DNA of 41,432 bases, from sequence record SRR31156797_1757. One strand, written 5' to 3'. The notes beneath the pieces were generated by a model. That model did not search any database. It was not told the DNA's origin and worked only from the letters and a program-made list of their open reading frames with translations. Positions 1 to 9,974 of this stretch are shown here, in pieces. Within the stretch, counting starts at the first letter, position 1, and every line of letters starts with the position of its first letter. The translations under genes and the position numbers were made by a program.

Positions 1-1
1 A

Positions 2-544
2 ACTCAGGCAGGTGATGTTTCTGCATATATCCCAACCAACGTAATTTCGATTACGGATGGTCAGATTTTCTTGGAATCAGATCTATTTAATGCTGGTATT
101 CGCCCTGCAATTAACGTAGGTATTTCGGTATCTCGTGTAGGTGGTAATGCTCAGATCAAGCCAATGAAAAAGGTGGCTGGTACATTGAAACTGGATCAGG
201 CTCAGTATCGTGAACTAGAGGCATTTGCTAAGTTCGGTTCGGATATGGATGCTGCAACACTTTCTGTTTTGAACAAAGGTGCTAAGAATGTGGAAATCTT
301 AAAGCAAGGACAGTATTCTCCTGTAGCCGTTGAAAAGCAAGTGGCTATTTTGTATTGTGGATCTCAAGGTTTGTTACGTAATGTTCCAGTTGAAAAGGTG
401 AAGGAGTTTGAAACAGATTTTCTTGATTTCATGGATTTGAAACACAAAGACGTTTTGAAGGAAATTGCATCTGGAAAATACACCAAAGAGGCACAGGATA
501 CAATGAAATCTGTTGCTGCTGATATTGCTGCAAAATATAAATAA
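2..544 (+). CDS. atpA: F0F1 ATP synthase subunit alpha, C-terminal part (5' truncated by window edge)
   Basis: The frame is open from base 2 and reads [25 protein letters not shown]...[15 protein letters not shown], hallmark AtpA motifs. It is followed by atpG. Confidence 0.98.
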   Translation, partial: TQAGDVSAYIPTNVISITDGQIFLESDLFNAGIRPAINVGISVSRVGGNAQIKPMKKVAGTLKLDQAQYRELEAFAKFGSDMDAATLSVLNKGAKNVEILKQGQYSPVAVEKQVAILYCGSQGLLRNVPVEKVKEFETDFLDFMDLKHKDVLKEIASGKYTKEAQDTMKSVAADIAAKYK

Positions 545-566
545 AGTATAAAAGCTTAAAGCGGAT

Positions 567-598
567 AGTTCTTGGTTTTGAATTCAAAACCAAGAGCT
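567..598 (+). other. Stem-loop in atpA-atpG spacer (perfect 26-bp palindrome at 570-595)
   Basis: TCTTGGTTTTGAA|TTCAAAACCAAGA is its own reverse complement. It extends by AGT/GCT pairing and is followed by a pyrimidine run. Confidence 0.7.
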
Positions 599-625
599 TT
601 CTTCTAAGAGCCCAAAATATTGTAA

Positions 626-1498
626 ATGGCTAATTTAAAAGAAATTCGTACTCGTATTTCGTCGGTTCAGAAAACCAAACAGGTTACTGCAGCGATGAAA
701 ATGGTTTCTGCCGCTAAATTAAAAAAGGCGCAGGATGCCATTGTGCAAATTCGTCCTTATGCTGATAAGCTACACGAGATTTTATCTAACCTTACTGGTA
801 GTTTGACCAATACGGATGATAATCTTTATGGAGTAGAGCGTAAGCCAGAAAAAGTATTGCTGGTTGCGATGTCATCCAATAAGGGATTGTGTGGTGCATT
901 TAATGCGAATGTTATCAAGCAAGTTGTTGCTTTAGCGAGCGGTGAATACGCCGATCAAAATCAACGAGGTAATCTTGAAATACTTTGTATTGGAAAACAA
1001 GCCAACGAAATTCTTAAAAAGACTTACAATGTAATTGGAGAGCACAATAAATTGTATGATACCATGAGCTATGAAAATATCTCGGAAGTAGCAGCTGCAA
1101 TTATGGCTCAATTTGTAGAAGGGAAGTACGATAAGGTAGAATTGGTTTACAATCAATTTAAAAATGCCGGAGTACAAATTCTAACAACGGAACAATTTCT
1201 ACCGGTAAAACAGGAGAAAGCAGGCAATGAAGTACAAAGCGAGTACATTTTCGAGCCTAACCAATCTGATATCTTGGGAGAATTGATTCCAAAATCATTA
1301 AAAACACAATTTTTTAAAGCAATGTTGGATTCATTTGCATCTGAACATGGAGCAAGAATGACAGCAATGCATAAGGCAACGGACAATGCTTCTGATTTGA
1401 TTCAGGATCTGAATCTGACCTACAACAAAGCACGTCAGGCTGCAATTACCAACGAAATTTTGGAGATTGTTTCTGGTGCTAATGCTCTTGCTCAATAA
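626..1498 (+). CDS. atpG: F0F1 ATP synthase subunit gamma
   Basis: N-terminus MANLKEIRTRISSV..TKQVTAAMKMVSAAKL, internal KGLCGAFN, C-terminus ARMTAM..ATDNA..YNKARQAAITNEILEIVSGA. Confidence 0.98.
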   Translation: MANLKEIRTRISSVQKTKQVTAAMKMVSAAKLKKAQDAIVQIRPYADKLHEILSNLTGSLTNTDDNLYGVERKPEKVLLVAMSSNKGLCGAFNANVIKQVVALASGEYADQNQRGNLEILCIGKQANEILKKTYNVIGEHNKLYDTMSYENISEVAAAIMAQFVEGKYDKVELVYNQFKNAGVQILTTEQFLPVKQEKAGNEVQSEYIFEPNQSDILGELIPKSLKTQFFKAMLDSFASEHGARMTAMHKATDNASDLIQDLNLTYNKARQAAITNEILEIVSGANALAQ

Positions 1499-1550
1499 AT
1501 TCATTTAAGTGGCTTAGAGCTCAAATAAAGACCATATTTATAATTGCTGC

Positions 1551-1579
1551 AAAGCTCACCCGAAAGGGTGGGCTTTTTT
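1551..1579 (+). terminator. Rho-independent terminator of atpAG
   Basis: AAAGCTCACCC-GAAA-GGGTGGGCTTT hairpin with a GNRA loop, followed by a T tract. Confidence 0.9.
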
Positions 1580-1631
1580 ATGCTTTAAACTTTTAAATTG
1601 CAATTTGTATAGATAAATAAAAAATATTGCC

Positions 1632-1660
1632 TAATTTCGCATGTTCAAACATATGTACAA
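1632..1660 (+). promoter_or_regulatory. Bacteroidota -7-like promoter box (TAATTTCG) followed by candidate GntR operator ATGTTCAAACATATGTACAA
   Basis: TAnnTTCG variant of the TAnnTTTG box at 1632-1639. The 12-mer ATGTTCAAACAT at 1641-1652 recurs at 4549-4560. Confidence 0.55.
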
Positions 1661-1661
1661 A

Positions 1662-2390
1662 ATGGAATTGAAGATAGATCACAATAGCCCTTTACCACTT
1701 CACGCACAGGTTGAAATACTTGTTAGGAAAATGATTGAATTGCCTGAATATAAGAATGGTGGATTCTTACCAAAGGAGATTGATTTAGCAAAGCGATTGG
1801 GGATTTCAAGAAATACACTCCGACAAGCTACTAATAAGCTGGAATATGAAGGATTGTTGATACGCAAGAAAGGAATTGGGACCAAAGTTGCCGAAAAGGG
1901 AATTACTACGAACCTGGACAATTGGCAAAGTTTTACTCAGGAAATGACTGAACAAGGAGTTGATTTTGTAAACTTTTTAATTGAAGCCAAGTGGGTTAAT
2001 GCAAATGAGAAAATAGCTAAGTTTTTTGGTATTAGTGAAGGTGAAAAAATTCTTTGTTTATCTAGATTAAGAGGATTTACAGATGGTCCTTTTGTATTTT
2101 TTGAAAGTTATTTTCACCCAAGAATTGGTTTGACTGGAGAGGAAGATTTTACTAAACCACTTTATGCTATTCTGGAGAATAAATACAACGTAGTTCCATC
2201 TATTTCTAAGGAAGAAATAAAAGCAAAACTAGCTTCTAAGATTACTGCTGATCGATTACAGATAAAGAAAGGCGATCCAATTTTGGTTCGTGAAAGATAT
2301 GTTTCAGATCCTGGAAACAGACCCTTGGAATACAACATAGGTTTTTACATCGCTGAAAAATTCACCTATTCTATAACCATTACAAGATAA
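1662..2390 (+). CDS. GntR family (HutC/UTRA subfamily) transcriptional regulator
   Basis: N-terminal wHTH (PLHAQV..LPKEIDLAKRLGISRNTLRQA..L..EGLLIRKKGIGT) plus a UTRA-like C-terminal domain. I prefer the ATG at 1662 to 1641, which lies on the promoter/operator. Confidence 0.92.
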   Translation: MELKIDHNSPLPLHAQVEILVRKMIELPEYKNGGFLPKEIDLAKRLGISRNTLRQATNKLEYEGLLIRKKGIGTKVAEKGITTNLDNWQSFTQEMTEQGVDFVNFLIEAKWVNANEKIAKFFGISEGEKILCLSRLRGFTDGPFVFFESYFHPRIGLTGEEDFTKPLYAILENKYNVVPSISKEEIKAKLASKITADRLQIKKGDPILVRERYVSDPGNRPLEYNIGFYIAEKFTYSITITR

Positions 2391-2397
2391 ATCGAAC

Positions 2398-3333
2398 ATG
2401 AAAAATCAGATTTCCATTGGAATTGATGTTGGCGGAAGTCATATTAGTTGTGCAGCTTATGATTTGGAAAAAAATCAGCTTATTCCTAAAAGTATTTCTC
2501 ATACTTCATTGAACAATCAAGGAACTAGAGACGAAATAATAAATGCTTTTACATTATTAATTCAAACTTGTTTAGCTAAAGTTGAATTTGATCAATTAAG
2601 TGGAATTGGTATTGCTATGCCTGGTCCATTCGATTATGTGAATGGAATTGGACTATTTACGGGAGAGAATGCTAAATTCCAGAAATTGAATGAGGTAAAT
2701 CTGCGATCTGCGATTCAAAAAAGCATAGGAGTGGTTGACCTACCTATTCGATTTATAAATGATGCTACTGCATTTGCAATAGGTGAATATTTCTTAGGGA
2801 AACTCGTTGCTAATAAGCAAACATTGGCAATCACATTAGGAACAGGTTTAGGCTCTGCTTTTTTATCAGATGGAATTCCGGTAATAGTTGAAGATACAGT
2901 GCCTGAAAACGGATGTATTTGGCACCTACCGTTTGAAAATGGTATTGCTGATGATTATTTTTCTACCAGAGGCTTGTTAAACCGATATTTTGAACAAAGC
3001 GGGAAGAAGTTGAATGGAGTAAAAGAGATGGCAGAATTGGCTCAGGAGCATTCTGATGCAAGAGAATTGTTTGAAGATTTTGGTAAAAAATTGGCAATGT
3101 TCCTTGCTCCATGGATCAAAAGTTTTCAGGTGGAGGCGATTGTTTTTGGAGGTAACATTTCAAAGGCATCTAATTTATTTAACCAAGCAATGATTGAACA
3201 GTTACAAAAGGATGGTTTAACAGTTAATATTCACTATTCTGAATTGCAAGAATCAGCTGCATTTGTAGGAGGAGCACAATTAATAAATGAAGATTTTTGG
3301 AATCAAGTGAAACATCAACTAAAATATATGTAG
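2398..3333 (+). CDS. ROK family sugar kinase (probable mannose/hexose kinase)
   Basis: IGIDVGGS ATP-binding motif, GIAMPGPFDY, FINDA, TLGTGLG. No N-terminal HTH. Confidence 0.88.
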   Translation: MKNQISIGIDVGGSHISCAAYDLEKNQLIPKSISHTSLNNQGTRDEIINAFTLLIQTCLAKVEFDQLSGIGIAMPGPFDYVNGIGLFTGENAKFQKLNEVNLRSAIQKSIGVVDLPIRFINDATAFAIGEYFLGKLVANKQTLAITLGTGLGSAFLSDGIPVIVEDTVPENGCIWHLPFENGIADDYFSTRGLLNRYFEQSGKKLNGVKEMAELAQEHSDARELFEDFGKKLAMFLAPWIKSFQVEAIVFGGNISKASNLFNQAMIEQLQKDGLTVNIHYSELQESAAFVGGAQLINEDFWNQVKHQLKYM

Positions 3334-3338
3334 TTCTT

Positions 3339-4508
3339 ATGAAAGCATCAAAAACTAAATTTATTCTTCCCGTATTACTATCTTTTTTTGTGGTCAGTTT
3401 TGTTGATTTGGTAGGAACAGGAGTAGATGAATTAAAACAAAACTCAAATACGCCAGAATACTTGTTACAATTAATTCCTTTCGTGGCATTTATTTGGTTT
3501 TTTTTATTGTCAGTTCCATCTGGAATTTGGCAGGCAAAAATTGGAAAAAAAAGAGTCTTAAATGTGGCTATTCTTATAACAGCCATTGGTTTATTTGTGC
3601 CTATTTTAGGAAATAATCTACCAGTTATTCTGGTAGCATTTTCTTTGTTAGGGATTGGGAATACGATTATGCAAGTTGCTGCAAATCCATTATTGATAGA
3701 TGTAGTACCCGATGATAGAGCATCTAGCTACTTAAGTTTCTCCCAGTTCATGAAATCACTTGGCTCGATGATTGGACCTTTTGTTGCGGCAGTTGTTGGT
3801 CCATTTTTGGCAAATTTATTTGGTTACGAAGGAGCAGGAACATGGCGGTTTGGTTTGTACCTTTTTGGTATAATTTCTTTGCTATCATTCTTTTGGCTAT
3901 CCATTACTAAAATAGAAGAGAAATCAGAAAATCAGGAAAAAGTATCCATTTTATCATGTTTTAAATTATTATCGAATCGATACATAGCCTTAATGGTTTT
4001 GGGAATTTTTGCGGTAGTAGGTATCGATGTAGCCTTAAATTCGAATATAGGTACATTTTTACATTTAAAACTTGGGATAGGAGAAGAGGCGGCAAAATAT
4101 GGAAAGTCAGTTTACTTTTTTGCGAAAATGATTGGAACATTTGCAGGAGCAATTGTTTTAATGAAGTGGAATCCTAAAAAGATTCTTGGCATCTCAAGTA
4201 TATTGGCAATTGTTGCTGTGATTGCATTAAGTATTACCTCTAATGAAATTGCAGCATGGATTTTCGTAGGATTAATTAGTTTAGGAGTATCTAATATTTT
4301 TCCTCTGATCTATTCGCTGGCTGTTGGGAATTATCCGTATCGGTCCAACGAAATTTCCGGATTAATGATGATGGCTATATCAGGTGGTGCATTTTTCCCA
4401 TTTTTAGTTAGACTATCAATGGAATTTAACCTTAATGGAGGTCTTTGGCTAATCTTAGCATTATTAATTTACATACTCTTCTTAGTGAGAATATCACCTG
4501 GAAAATAG
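3339..4508 (+). CDS. MFS sugar transporter (FucP/GluP-like)
   Basis: About 12 hydrophobic segments and the GNTIMQVAANPL motif typical of fucose/glucose-galactose permeases. Start taken at ATG 3339, just after the ROK stop. Confidence 0.85.
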   Translation: MKASKTKFILPVLLSFFVVSFVDLVGTGVDELKQNSNTPEYLLQLIPFVAFIWFFLLSVPSGIWQAKIGKKRVLNVAILITAIGLFVPILGNNLPVILVAFSLLGIGNTIMQVAANPLLIDVVPDDRASSYLSFSQFMKSLGSMIGPFVAAVVGPFLANLFGYEGAGTWRFGLYLFGIISLLSFFWLSITKIEEKSENQEKVSILSCFKLLSNRYIALMVLGIFAVVGIDVALNSNIGTFLHLKLGIGEEAAKYGKSVYFFAKMIGTFAGAIVLMKWNPKKILGISSILAIVAVIALSITSNEIAAWIFVGLISLGVSNIFPLIYSLAVGNYPYRSNEISGLMMMAISGGAFFPFLVRLSMEFNLNGGLWLILALLIYILFLVRISPGK

Positions 4509-4534
4509 TTGAGTTTAATTTAAAGTTGATACAA

Positions 4535-6895
4535 ATGCAAAAAATCATATGTTCAAACATTAGAACAATAAATCAATTTATTTTTATCTTATTGATTCTA
4601 TCTTTCAGTGCATGCTCTTCAAAAGAGGATTTGGTAAAATATGTAGATCCAAATATTGGAACCGCTCATAGCAGATGGTTCTTTTATACACCAGCAGCTC
4701 TTCCATTCGGAATGGCAAAAGCTGCACCAAGCACAAATGGTCATTATGGAAATAAATCGGGATGGGAAGCAGTTGGTTATGATGATCGTCACGAATCTAT
4801 TGAAGGGTTTGCAAATGTTCACGAATTTCAGTTAGGCGGAATTGTTTTAATGCCAACTTCTGGAAAGTTGATTACAACACCAGGAAAGTTAGAGACTCCA
4901 GATGCAGGTTATCGTTCCAGATTTAAAAAGGAAACCGAATATGCTGAACCAGGATATTACAAGGTTGATTTGACCGATTACGAAATAATTGCAGAGTTAA
5001 CGGCTACCAAACGAGTTGCAATGCATCGATACACTTATCCGGCTAATCAACAGGCAAATTTGTTATTTGATATTGGAAATCAGCAAGGAGAAAGCGGTAA
5101 GGTTGTAAATTCTGCAATAAAAAGAATTGATGAATTTACTGTGGAAGGTTGGGTAGAAACTGCACCGGAATATGTGAAAAAATATCAAAAAGGTTCAACA
5201 GTATCGATGTACTTTGTTGCCAAGCTGAACAAGTCAATTGATAATTATGGAGTGTTTCGAGGCGATTCAATTTTTAATAATCAATCAGAAATAAGTGGAA
5301 AAGGAGCAGGTTTGTACTTGTCATTCTTACCATCTGAAGAGGAAGTGGTAGAGGTTCAAGTAGCTCTTTCGTATACCTCAGTACAGAATGCGTACGAAAA
5401 CCTGAAAACTGAAGGGAAGTCATTTGCAATAGTAAAAAAAGAGGCAAATCTAATTTGGAATACTGAATTGAACAAGGTCTTGGTTAAGGGAGAATCTGAA
5501 ACAGATAAAACAAAATTTTATACAGCTCTTTATCACGCGTTACTTGGAAGAGGTTTGGCTAACGATGTGAATGGAGCCTATCCTAAAAATGATGGAACCA
5601 TTGGTCAGCTTCCACTAAACGCAGATGGAACACCACAATTTAATTTTTACAACACGGACGCCGTTTGGGGAGCATTTTGGAATCTCACTCAGCTTTGGAC
5701 TTTGGCTTGGCCCGAATACTATAACGATTTTGTGCAGACTCACTTGCAAGTTTATAAAGATACAGGTTGGTTTAGTGATGGTTTGGCGAATAGCCGATAT
5801 GTCTCTGGTGTTGGTACCAATTACGTAGGATTAATTATAGCATCAGCTTATAATTGTGGCATTAGAAATTACGATATTGATTTAGCCTTAGAGGCGGCAT
5901 TAGGTAATGAATTGGCATGGGAAAACCGTCCTTTAGGTGCTGGAAAAATGGATGTGAAAAGTTTTGTTACGACAGGATTTATTCCGCATAAAGAAGAGTG
6001 GGGAGACATACCGGAAGCAAGTGCTTTTTCAGCTTCTCACGTTTTGGAATATTCATTTTCGGCAAATGCTGTGGCTCAATTTGCTAAAAAATTGAATAAG
6101 ACAAAGGAAGCGAATCAATTAGCAAAACTTTCTAACAGTTGGGAAAATATTTTTGATTCTTCTATTGGATTTATTTGTCCGAAATATGAAAATGGAGAAT
6201 TCATCTCAAATTTTGATCCTATGGAGCCATGGAGAGGTTTTCAGGAAGGAAATTCGTGGCAATATAGTTTCTATGTGCCTCATGATGTCGAGAAATTAGT
6301 TGGAAAAATTGGACAGGAAAATTTCAATAAAAGATTGGATTCCATATTTATTGAATCGCGAAAGAATGCTTTTGGTGGTGGAAAAGAAATTAATGCATTT
6401 GCAGGTGTAAAAACCATTTACAATCATGGCAATCAGCCTAGCTTACATATTCCCTGGTTGTACAATTTCTCAGGGGAACCAGAAAAAACTCAATTCTGGA
6501 CAAGAACTATTTGTATTGAGTTTTATGGATCAGACCCAATTCATGGATATGGCTACGGACAAGATGAGGACCAGGGACAATTGGGAGCCTGGTACGTAAT
6601 GGCATCTATTGGTTTGTTTGATGTGGCTGGTTTAACCGCAGAAAATCCAAGCATGCAAATAGGAAGTCCTGCTTTCGATGAAATTAAAATCAAACTAAAC
6701 TCCGATTACTATTTGGGTAAAGAAATTCTAATCAATGTGAATGAGAATTCTCCTGAAAACCTGTTGATCAGGTCAGCAAAACTAAACGGAGAAAAGTTGG
6801 ATAAACTTGAAGTTTCTTTTCAGGATTTAGTAGATGGTGCAAGAATAGAGATTGAAAAAAAATCAATGAAAAATTTATATAAAAATGAGAAATAG
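4535..6895 (+). CDS. GH92 alpha-mannosidase, predicted lipoprotein
   Basis: YVDPNIGT, PFGM, FYTALYH, FQEGNSWQYSFYVPHD, HGNQPS, DEDQGQLGAWYV motifs. Lipobox-like LSFSAC. Start taken at ATG 4535. Confidence 0.93.
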   Translation: MQKIICSNIRTINQFIFILLILSFSACSSKEDLVKYVDPNIGTAHSRWFFYTPAALPFGMAKAAPSTNGHYGNKSGWEAVGYDDRHESIEGFANVHEFQLGGIVLMPTSGKLITTPGKLETPDAGYRSRFKKETEYAEPGYYKVDLTDYEIIAELTATKRVAMHRYTYPANQQANLLFDIGNQQGESGKVVNSAIKRIDEFTVEGWVETAPEYVKKYQKGSTVSMYFVAKLNKSIDNYGVFRGDSIFNNQSEISGKGAGLYLSFLPSEEEVVEVQVALSYTSVQNAYENLKTEGKSFAIVKKEANLIWNTELNKVLVKGESETDKTKFYTALYHALLGRGLANDVNGAYPKNDGTIGQLPLNADGTPQFNFYNTDAVWGAFWNLTQLWTLAWPEYYNDFVQTHLQVYKDTGWFSDGLANSRYVSGVGTNYVGLIIASAYNCGIRNYDIDLALEAALGNELAWENRPLGAGKMDVKSFVTTGFIPHKEEWGDIPEASAFSASHVLEYSFSANAVAQFAKKLNKTKEANQLAKLSNSWENIFDSSIGFICPKYENGEFISNFDPMEPWRGFQEGNSWQYSFYVPHDVEKLVGKIGQENFNKRLDSIFIESRKNAFGGGKEINAFAGVKTIYNHGNQPSLHIPWLYNFSGEPEKTQFWTRTICIEFYGSDPIHGYGYGQDEDQGQLGAWYVMASIGLFDVAGLTAENPSMQIGSPAFDEIKIKLNSDYYLGKEILINVNENSPENLLIRSAKLNGEKLDKLEVSFQDLVDGARIEIEKKSMKNLYKNEK
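4549..4568 (+). promoter_or_regulatory. Second copy of candidate GntR operator (ATGTTCAAACATTAGAACAA)
   Basis: Shares ATGTTCAAACAT..G.ACAA with 1641-1660 and has TGTTC-N8-GAACA dyad symmetry. Confidence 0.5.
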
Positions 6896-8177
6896 TTTAA
6901 TCATTTTAGCAATGTCGATACTACTGTTTGGATGCAAACCACATTCAAAAATCAGTGATGAATTGAAAACATCAATCCAGACAAATGAGAGTTTTGATTT
7001 TGTGAAAAAGAAAGCACTGGAAATTGTGAAAACAGGTTTTAATGCTGGCGATGGATATGGTGAAGTTTGGATTCGCGATTACAATACATTTATTGAACTT
7101 TCGGCTGAAGTGTACCCTACAAAATCACTTAAAGAAAATTTGAGAGTGTTTTTTCGCCTTCAGGGAGAGGATGGAAATATTATTGATGGATTTATTCCAA
7201 AGGAAAAAGCTGTTGATGTTGAGGGGGGATATACCTACATCTATAACGATTTGGAACCAACTTATTGCGGGCATAAAAATACGGTAGAAACCGATCATGA
7301 AACATCATTAGTACAAGCTGTTTACAAGTATGTTTTGAAAACGGGAGATAAAGAATTCCTGAATGAAAAAATTGGAGATAAAACCGTTGCTGATCGCATG
7401 GAATGGGCAATGGAATTTCTGTTAAATCACCGTTGGGATAAGAAACATGGAATGATTTGGGGAGCAACAACTTCCGATTGGGGCGATGTGCAGCATTGTC
7501 ATCCTTGGGGAGTTTACATTACCGAGGATACGAAGTATTGCCTTGATATTTACGACAATGCAATGTTTTTAATTGCCATTGATAATTTAATGGAATTGGA
7601 TTTTTCAAAGAAAGAAAAGTGGCAGTTGATTCGAAACGATCTTGCAAAAAACACCATGAAATATCTTTGGGATAATGAAAATCAGAAATTTATTCCTCAT
7701 GTTTATTTAGATGGATCTCCATTTCCTGAGTCTTTTAACGAAAATGAAATTTTCTATCATGGAGGAACAGCTGTAGCTATTGAAGCCGGCTTGTTGAATA
7801 AAGATCAGGTAAAAATTTCTTTGGATAAGATGATTGCCAATGTAAAAGCTTCAGGAGCTGGATCAATAGGATTAACAATGTATCCTCCATATCCTGAAGG
7901 TTCTTTTGAAAATAAAGGAATGTATCCTTACGGATATCAAAATGGTGGTGACTGGACCTGGTTTGGAGCCAGAATGATTCAGCAATTGGTAAAATTTGGT
8001 TTTGTAAAGGAAGCCTACGAACAATTACAACCAATGACCAATAGAGTTGTTGTTAATGATGGTTTTTACGAGTGGTATACGGTAAATAATGAACCAACAG
8101 GTTCGGGCACTTTCAGAGGATCGGCAGGTGTGTTGTATAAGGCGATTGAAATGTTAGAAGATGCAGTTGAAAAATAA
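6885..8177 (+). CDS. Six-hairpin (alpha/alpha)6 glycosidase-like lipoprotein, family not assignable by eye
   Basis: Lipobox LLFGC. Motifs [20 protein letters not shown] and FYEWY resemble (alpha/alpha)6 inverting glycosidases (GH63/debranching-like). Overlaps the GH92 stop. Confidence 0.65.
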   Translation: MRNSLIILAMSILLFGCKPHSKISDELKTSIQTNESFDFVKKKALEIVKTGFNAGDGYGEVWIRDYNTFIELSAEVYPTKSLKENLRVFFRLQGEDGNIIDGFIPKEKAVDVEGGYTYIYNDLEPTYCGHKNTVETDHETSLVQAVYKYVLKTGDKEFLNEKIGDKTVADRMEWAMEFLLNHRWDKKHGMIWGATTSDWGDVQHCHPWGVYITEDTKYCLDIYDNAMFLIAIDNLMELDFSKKEKWQLIRNDLAKNTMKYLWDNENQKFIPHVYLDGSPFPESFNENEIFYHGGTAVAIEAGLLNKDQVKISLDKMIANVKASGAGSIGLTMYPPYPEGSFENKGMYPYGYQNGGDWTWFGARMIQQLVKFGFVKEAYEQLQPMTNRVVVNDGFYEWYTVNNEPTGSGTFRGSAGVLYKAIEMLEDAVEK

Positions 8178-8184
8178 TAGAGCG

Positions 8185-9948
8185 ATGGAGAATAGAAGAA
8201 AATCAGATCAATATTTACTTCCACTTCAGAGAAGGGAGTCGGAAAAAGGAAAATACGATTTGTATCCATCTTTGCAGATGGAAGATGGGAAGATAAATAT
8301 TGGTTTTGAACAGCTTGCAAAGGAATTGCAGAACGAAAAAAACATCATTATTGATGGATATGTTGGTGTTTTTTACGATCAGATTAAAGAACAATTAGAT
8401 GAGCAATTTGAAACATTAGGGAAGAAAGTAAATTGGGTAAATGCTGCATCGGCAATGAAACCTGAGCCTGAAATTGATAAGTTGATAGAACCTTTTTTAG
8501 GAGGTGATAATCCAATTTTCGGAACAAAAGCAAGCATAAACCTAGTTGATTTCTTCGATCAGCAAAAGTTAGATAGTATTGTTCAAGATAAGGATACAGA
8601 CATTAATATCATCTATGGTTCGGGAGCTGCCTTAGCCAATTGGGAAGGCAAATTAATTTATATTGATTTGCCAAAGAATGAGTTGCAATTTAGAGCACGT
8701 GCACAAAGCATTACCAATTTGGGAGCAAGTATACCTTTGGAGAACAAACCAATGTACAAACGCTTCTATTTTGTTGATTGGATTGTTCTGAATGAACACA
8801 AACAGGCTCTTCTTCCAAAAATCGATTTTGTTTTAGATGAACAACGATTGGATGTGATAACCTGGATGAGGGGAGATGACTTGCGTGGAGGTCTCCGTAA
8901 AATGGCAAACAATATATTCCGTGTTCGTCCTTGGTTCGAACCAGGAGCTTGGGGAGGACAATGGGTAATGGATAAAATTGATGGCTTGAATAAGGATGTT
9001 GTCAATTATGCCTGGTCGTTTGAGTTGATTGTGCCCGAAAATGGTTTGTTATTCGAGAGTAGTGGTAATTTATTGGAAGTCTCTTTCGATTGCATCATGT
9101 TTCAGGAAACAGAAGCTGTTATGGGAAAACATTCAGAGCAATTTGGTTTTGAATTTCCAATTCGATTCGACTTTTTAGATACTTTCGATGGAGGAAATCT
9201 TTCCATCCAATGTCATCCACAGCCAGAGTACATCAAAGAACATTTTGGTGAAAGCTTCACACAAGAAGAAACGTACTACATATTAGATGCTGGTAAGGAT
9301 GCCAAATGTTATTTGGGTTTTCAGGAAGATATTGATCCGAAAGCATTCGAAGCAGATTTACAATATAGTTTCCAGAACAAAAAGGAAATTGATATCACCA
9401 AGTATGTACAAATTCTTGATTCCAATAAGCACGATCTGTTTTTGATTCCTCCGGGAACCATTCATGGATCGGGAACCGATAATTTGGTACTTGAAATCAG
9501 CACAACTCCTTACATTTTCACCTTTAAAATGTACGATTGGTTGCGTGTTGATTTTGATGGAAAACCACGTCCTATTAACGTAGAGCGTGGAATGGAAAAT
9601 CTAAATTTCGACAGAAAAGGGCAGTATGTGAAAGACAAATTAATAGCTCATCCATATCTGTTAAATGAAGGGGCTGGTTGGAAACAATTTCATTTGCCAA
9701 CCCACAATAAGCATACTTACGACGTGCACAGGTATCACTTAAATACAGAAGTTAATATCGATACCGAAAACCGATGCAATGTTCTTTCTTTAGTGGAAGG
9801 GAAAAGTATTATTGTAGAAACGGAAAATGGGATGCGACAGCGATTTAATTATGCTGAAACTTTCGTAATTCCTGCCGCTGCCGGATCTTATAAAATTATC
9901 AATGAATCCAATGAAGAAATAATGGTCGTTAAAGCATTCATGAAATAA
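8185..9948 (+). CDS. Class I mannose-6-phosphate isomerase with a large N-terminal extra domain
   Basis: Cupin PMI metal motifs [22 protein letters not shown] and PGAWGG. About 240 aa N-terminal extension containing IIIDGYVGV. Start taken at ATG 8185. Confidence 0.82.
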   Translation: MENRRKSDQYLLPLQRRESEKGKYDLYPSLQMEDGKINIGFEQLAKELQNEKNIIIDGYVGVFYDQIKEQLDEQFETLGKKVNWVNAASAMKPEPEIDKLIEPFLGGDNPIFGTKASINLVDFFDQQKLDSIVQDKDTDINIIYGSGAALANWEGKLIYIDLPKNELQFRARAQSITNLGASIPLENKPMYKRFYFVDWIVLNEHKQALLPKIDFVLDEQRLDVITWMRGDDLRGGLRKMANNIFRVRPWFEPGAWGGQWVMDKIDGLNKDVVNYAWSFELIVPENGLLFESSGNLLEVSFDCIMFQETEAVMGKHSEQFGFEFPIRFDFLDTFDGGNLSIQCHPQPEYIKEHFGESFTQEETYYILDAGKDAKCYLGFQEDIDPKAFEADLQYSFQNKKEIDITKYVQILDSNKHDLFLIPPGTIHGSGTDNLVLEISTTPYIFTFKMYDWLRVDFDGKPRPINVERGMENLNFDRKGQYVKDKLIAHPYLLNEGAGWKQFHLPTHNKHTYDVHRYHLNTEVNIDTENRCNVLSLVEGKSIIVETENGMRQRFNYAETFVIPAAAGSYKIINESNEEIMVVKAFMK

Positions 9949-9974
9949 ATCCAGATCTTTAAATATCCCATAAA

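Noticed and set aside
2398-3333. ROK protein as a repressor or inactive kinase because it lacks the CxCGxxGC zinc motif
   Set aside because: It has no HTH domain, the ATP-binding DxGG and catalytic ND motifs are intact, and zinc-free ROK kinases are known.
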